Assembly: GCA_937886445.1 (NCBI GenBank)
Contig: CALGBY010000031.1
Location: forward strand, 1-16,140
From: an uncultured Clostridia bacterium
GTDB lineage: Bacteria; Bacillota; Clostridia; Christensenellales; Aristaeellaceae
Length of the DNA stretch: 16,140 bases
Direction of reading: 5' to 3'
The notes under the pieces were generated by a model, which ran no database searches, was not told where the DNA came from, and saw nothing but the letters and a program-made list of their open reading frames with translations. A program made the position numbers and the translations under genes. Every line of letters begins with the position of its first letter. Positions within the stretch are counted from its first letter, which is position 1. Below, one piece after another: positions 15,613-16,140 of the stretch.

Positions 15613-15645
15613 AAAAGAGCAGATACCGTAAAGGCCTGCTCTTTT
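15613..15645. terminator. Bidirectional rho-independent terminator
   Basis: AAAAGAGCAG (15613-15622) pairs with CTGCTCTTTT (15636-15645) around a 13-nt loop. It sits between the convergent HAD gene (+) and the rpiB-like gene (-), with A and T runs on either side. Confidence 0.7.
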
Positions 15646-15666
15646 AAATATAATAACTGCCGGGTG

Positions 15667-16140
15667 TTACTCAAGGCTTTCGCCGTTTTCGATCAAAGTG
15701 AACATATCGATCCTTCTTTGATGCCTTCCGCCTTCAAACGGGGTGTCGAGGAAGGTTTCGGTGAGCAGCATGGCGGTTTCGGGAGCGATCACTCTGCCGC
15801 CCATTGCCAGCATATTGGCATCATTGTGCGCGCGGGTCATCTTCGCGCTGTAGGCGTCGGAGCAGCAGCAGCAGCGGATGCCTTTCATTTTGTTTGCGGC
15901 AATGGAGATACCGACACCCGTACCGCACATGATGATACCGTATTTGTATTCACCGCTCTGTACGGCTTTTGCCGCGCGGCACGCGTATACGGGATAATCA
16001 CGGCAGGTATCGTTTTCGGAGATCCCGAAATAGGTATACCCGATACCGCGTTCTTCAAGCACCTTTATCACAGCATCTTTCAGTACAACGCCGGCAGGAT
16101 CGGCTGCGACGGCAACCTTGAAGGAACCTTCTTTATCCAT
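15667..16140 (-). CDS. rpiB: RpiB/LacA/LacB-family sugar-phosphate isomerase (ribose-5-phosphate isomerase B-like)
   Basis: Motifs seen are IMCGTGVGISIAANKMKGIR, AHNDANMLAMGGRVI and FEGGRHQRRI. The ATG falls exactly at the window edge (16140), so the upstream region and the true start cannot be checked. Confidence 0.8.
   Translation of the reverse strand: MDKEGSFKVAVAADPAGVVLKDAVIKVLEERGIGYTYFGISENDTCRDYPVYACRAAKAVQSGEYKYGIIMCGTGVGISIAANKMKGIRCCCCSDAYSAKMTRAHNDANMLAMGGRVIAPETAMLLTETFLDTPFEGGRHQRRIDMFTLIENGESLE

Noticed and set aside
1-16140. I looked for defence-island or mobile-element hallmarks: integrase, transposase, toxin-antitoxin pairs, restriction-modification genes, CRISPR arrays and tRNA attachment sites.
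   Set aside because: None is visible in any frame. Apart from the 164-bp palindrome, the window reads as core chromosome plus one unusual signalling cluster.

Overview
This is a chromosomal segment that looks like it comes from a moderately GC-rich Bacillota/Clostridia-type genome, judging by AGGAGG-type ribosome binding sites, sigma-A-like promoters and comEC-holA synteny. I found no rRNA, tRNA, CRISPR array, integrase or transposase. I support twelve protein-coding genes.

Gene order:
- A 7-TM hybrid sensor histidine kinase/response regulator (+).
- A convergent GT4 glycosyltransferase (-).
- A tightly packed + strand string: YycJ/WalJ-like MBL hydrolase, a second MBL hydrolase, ComEC (which itself ends in an MBL domain), DNA polymerase III delta (holA) and rsmG.
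- A separately promoted + strand cluster: a DUF3783-like small protein, a signal-less NodB/CE4 polysaccharide deacetylase, a 1294-aa multidomain c-di-GMP phosphodiesterase and a HAD hydrolase with a dehalogenase-type DxYGT motif.
- A convergent RpiB-family sugar-phosphate isomerase (-).

Several ORF-track starts are too long. Consensus promoters sit inside the 5' extensions, so I re-placed those starts at ATGs preceded by a ribosome binding site.

The most interesting content is the 9.67-15.65 kb cluster:
- The large protein appears fully soluble. It combines a LacI-type periplasmic-binding-protein fold, an unassigned region, a degenerate GGDEF (SQNEF), an apparently intact EAL domain and a ~400-aa C-terminal glycine-rich repeat region with six (V/L/T)GIG(S/T/G) units about 27-31 aa apart. 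That repeat style is one I associate with secreted beta-helix carbohydrate-binding or surface proteins.
- A ~164-bp imperfect palindrome with 17-bp terminal inverted repeats sits between the deacetylase and this gene. It supplies the deacetylase's last five codons and its stop codon.

All family assignments come from motif recognition by eye. No database search was run.
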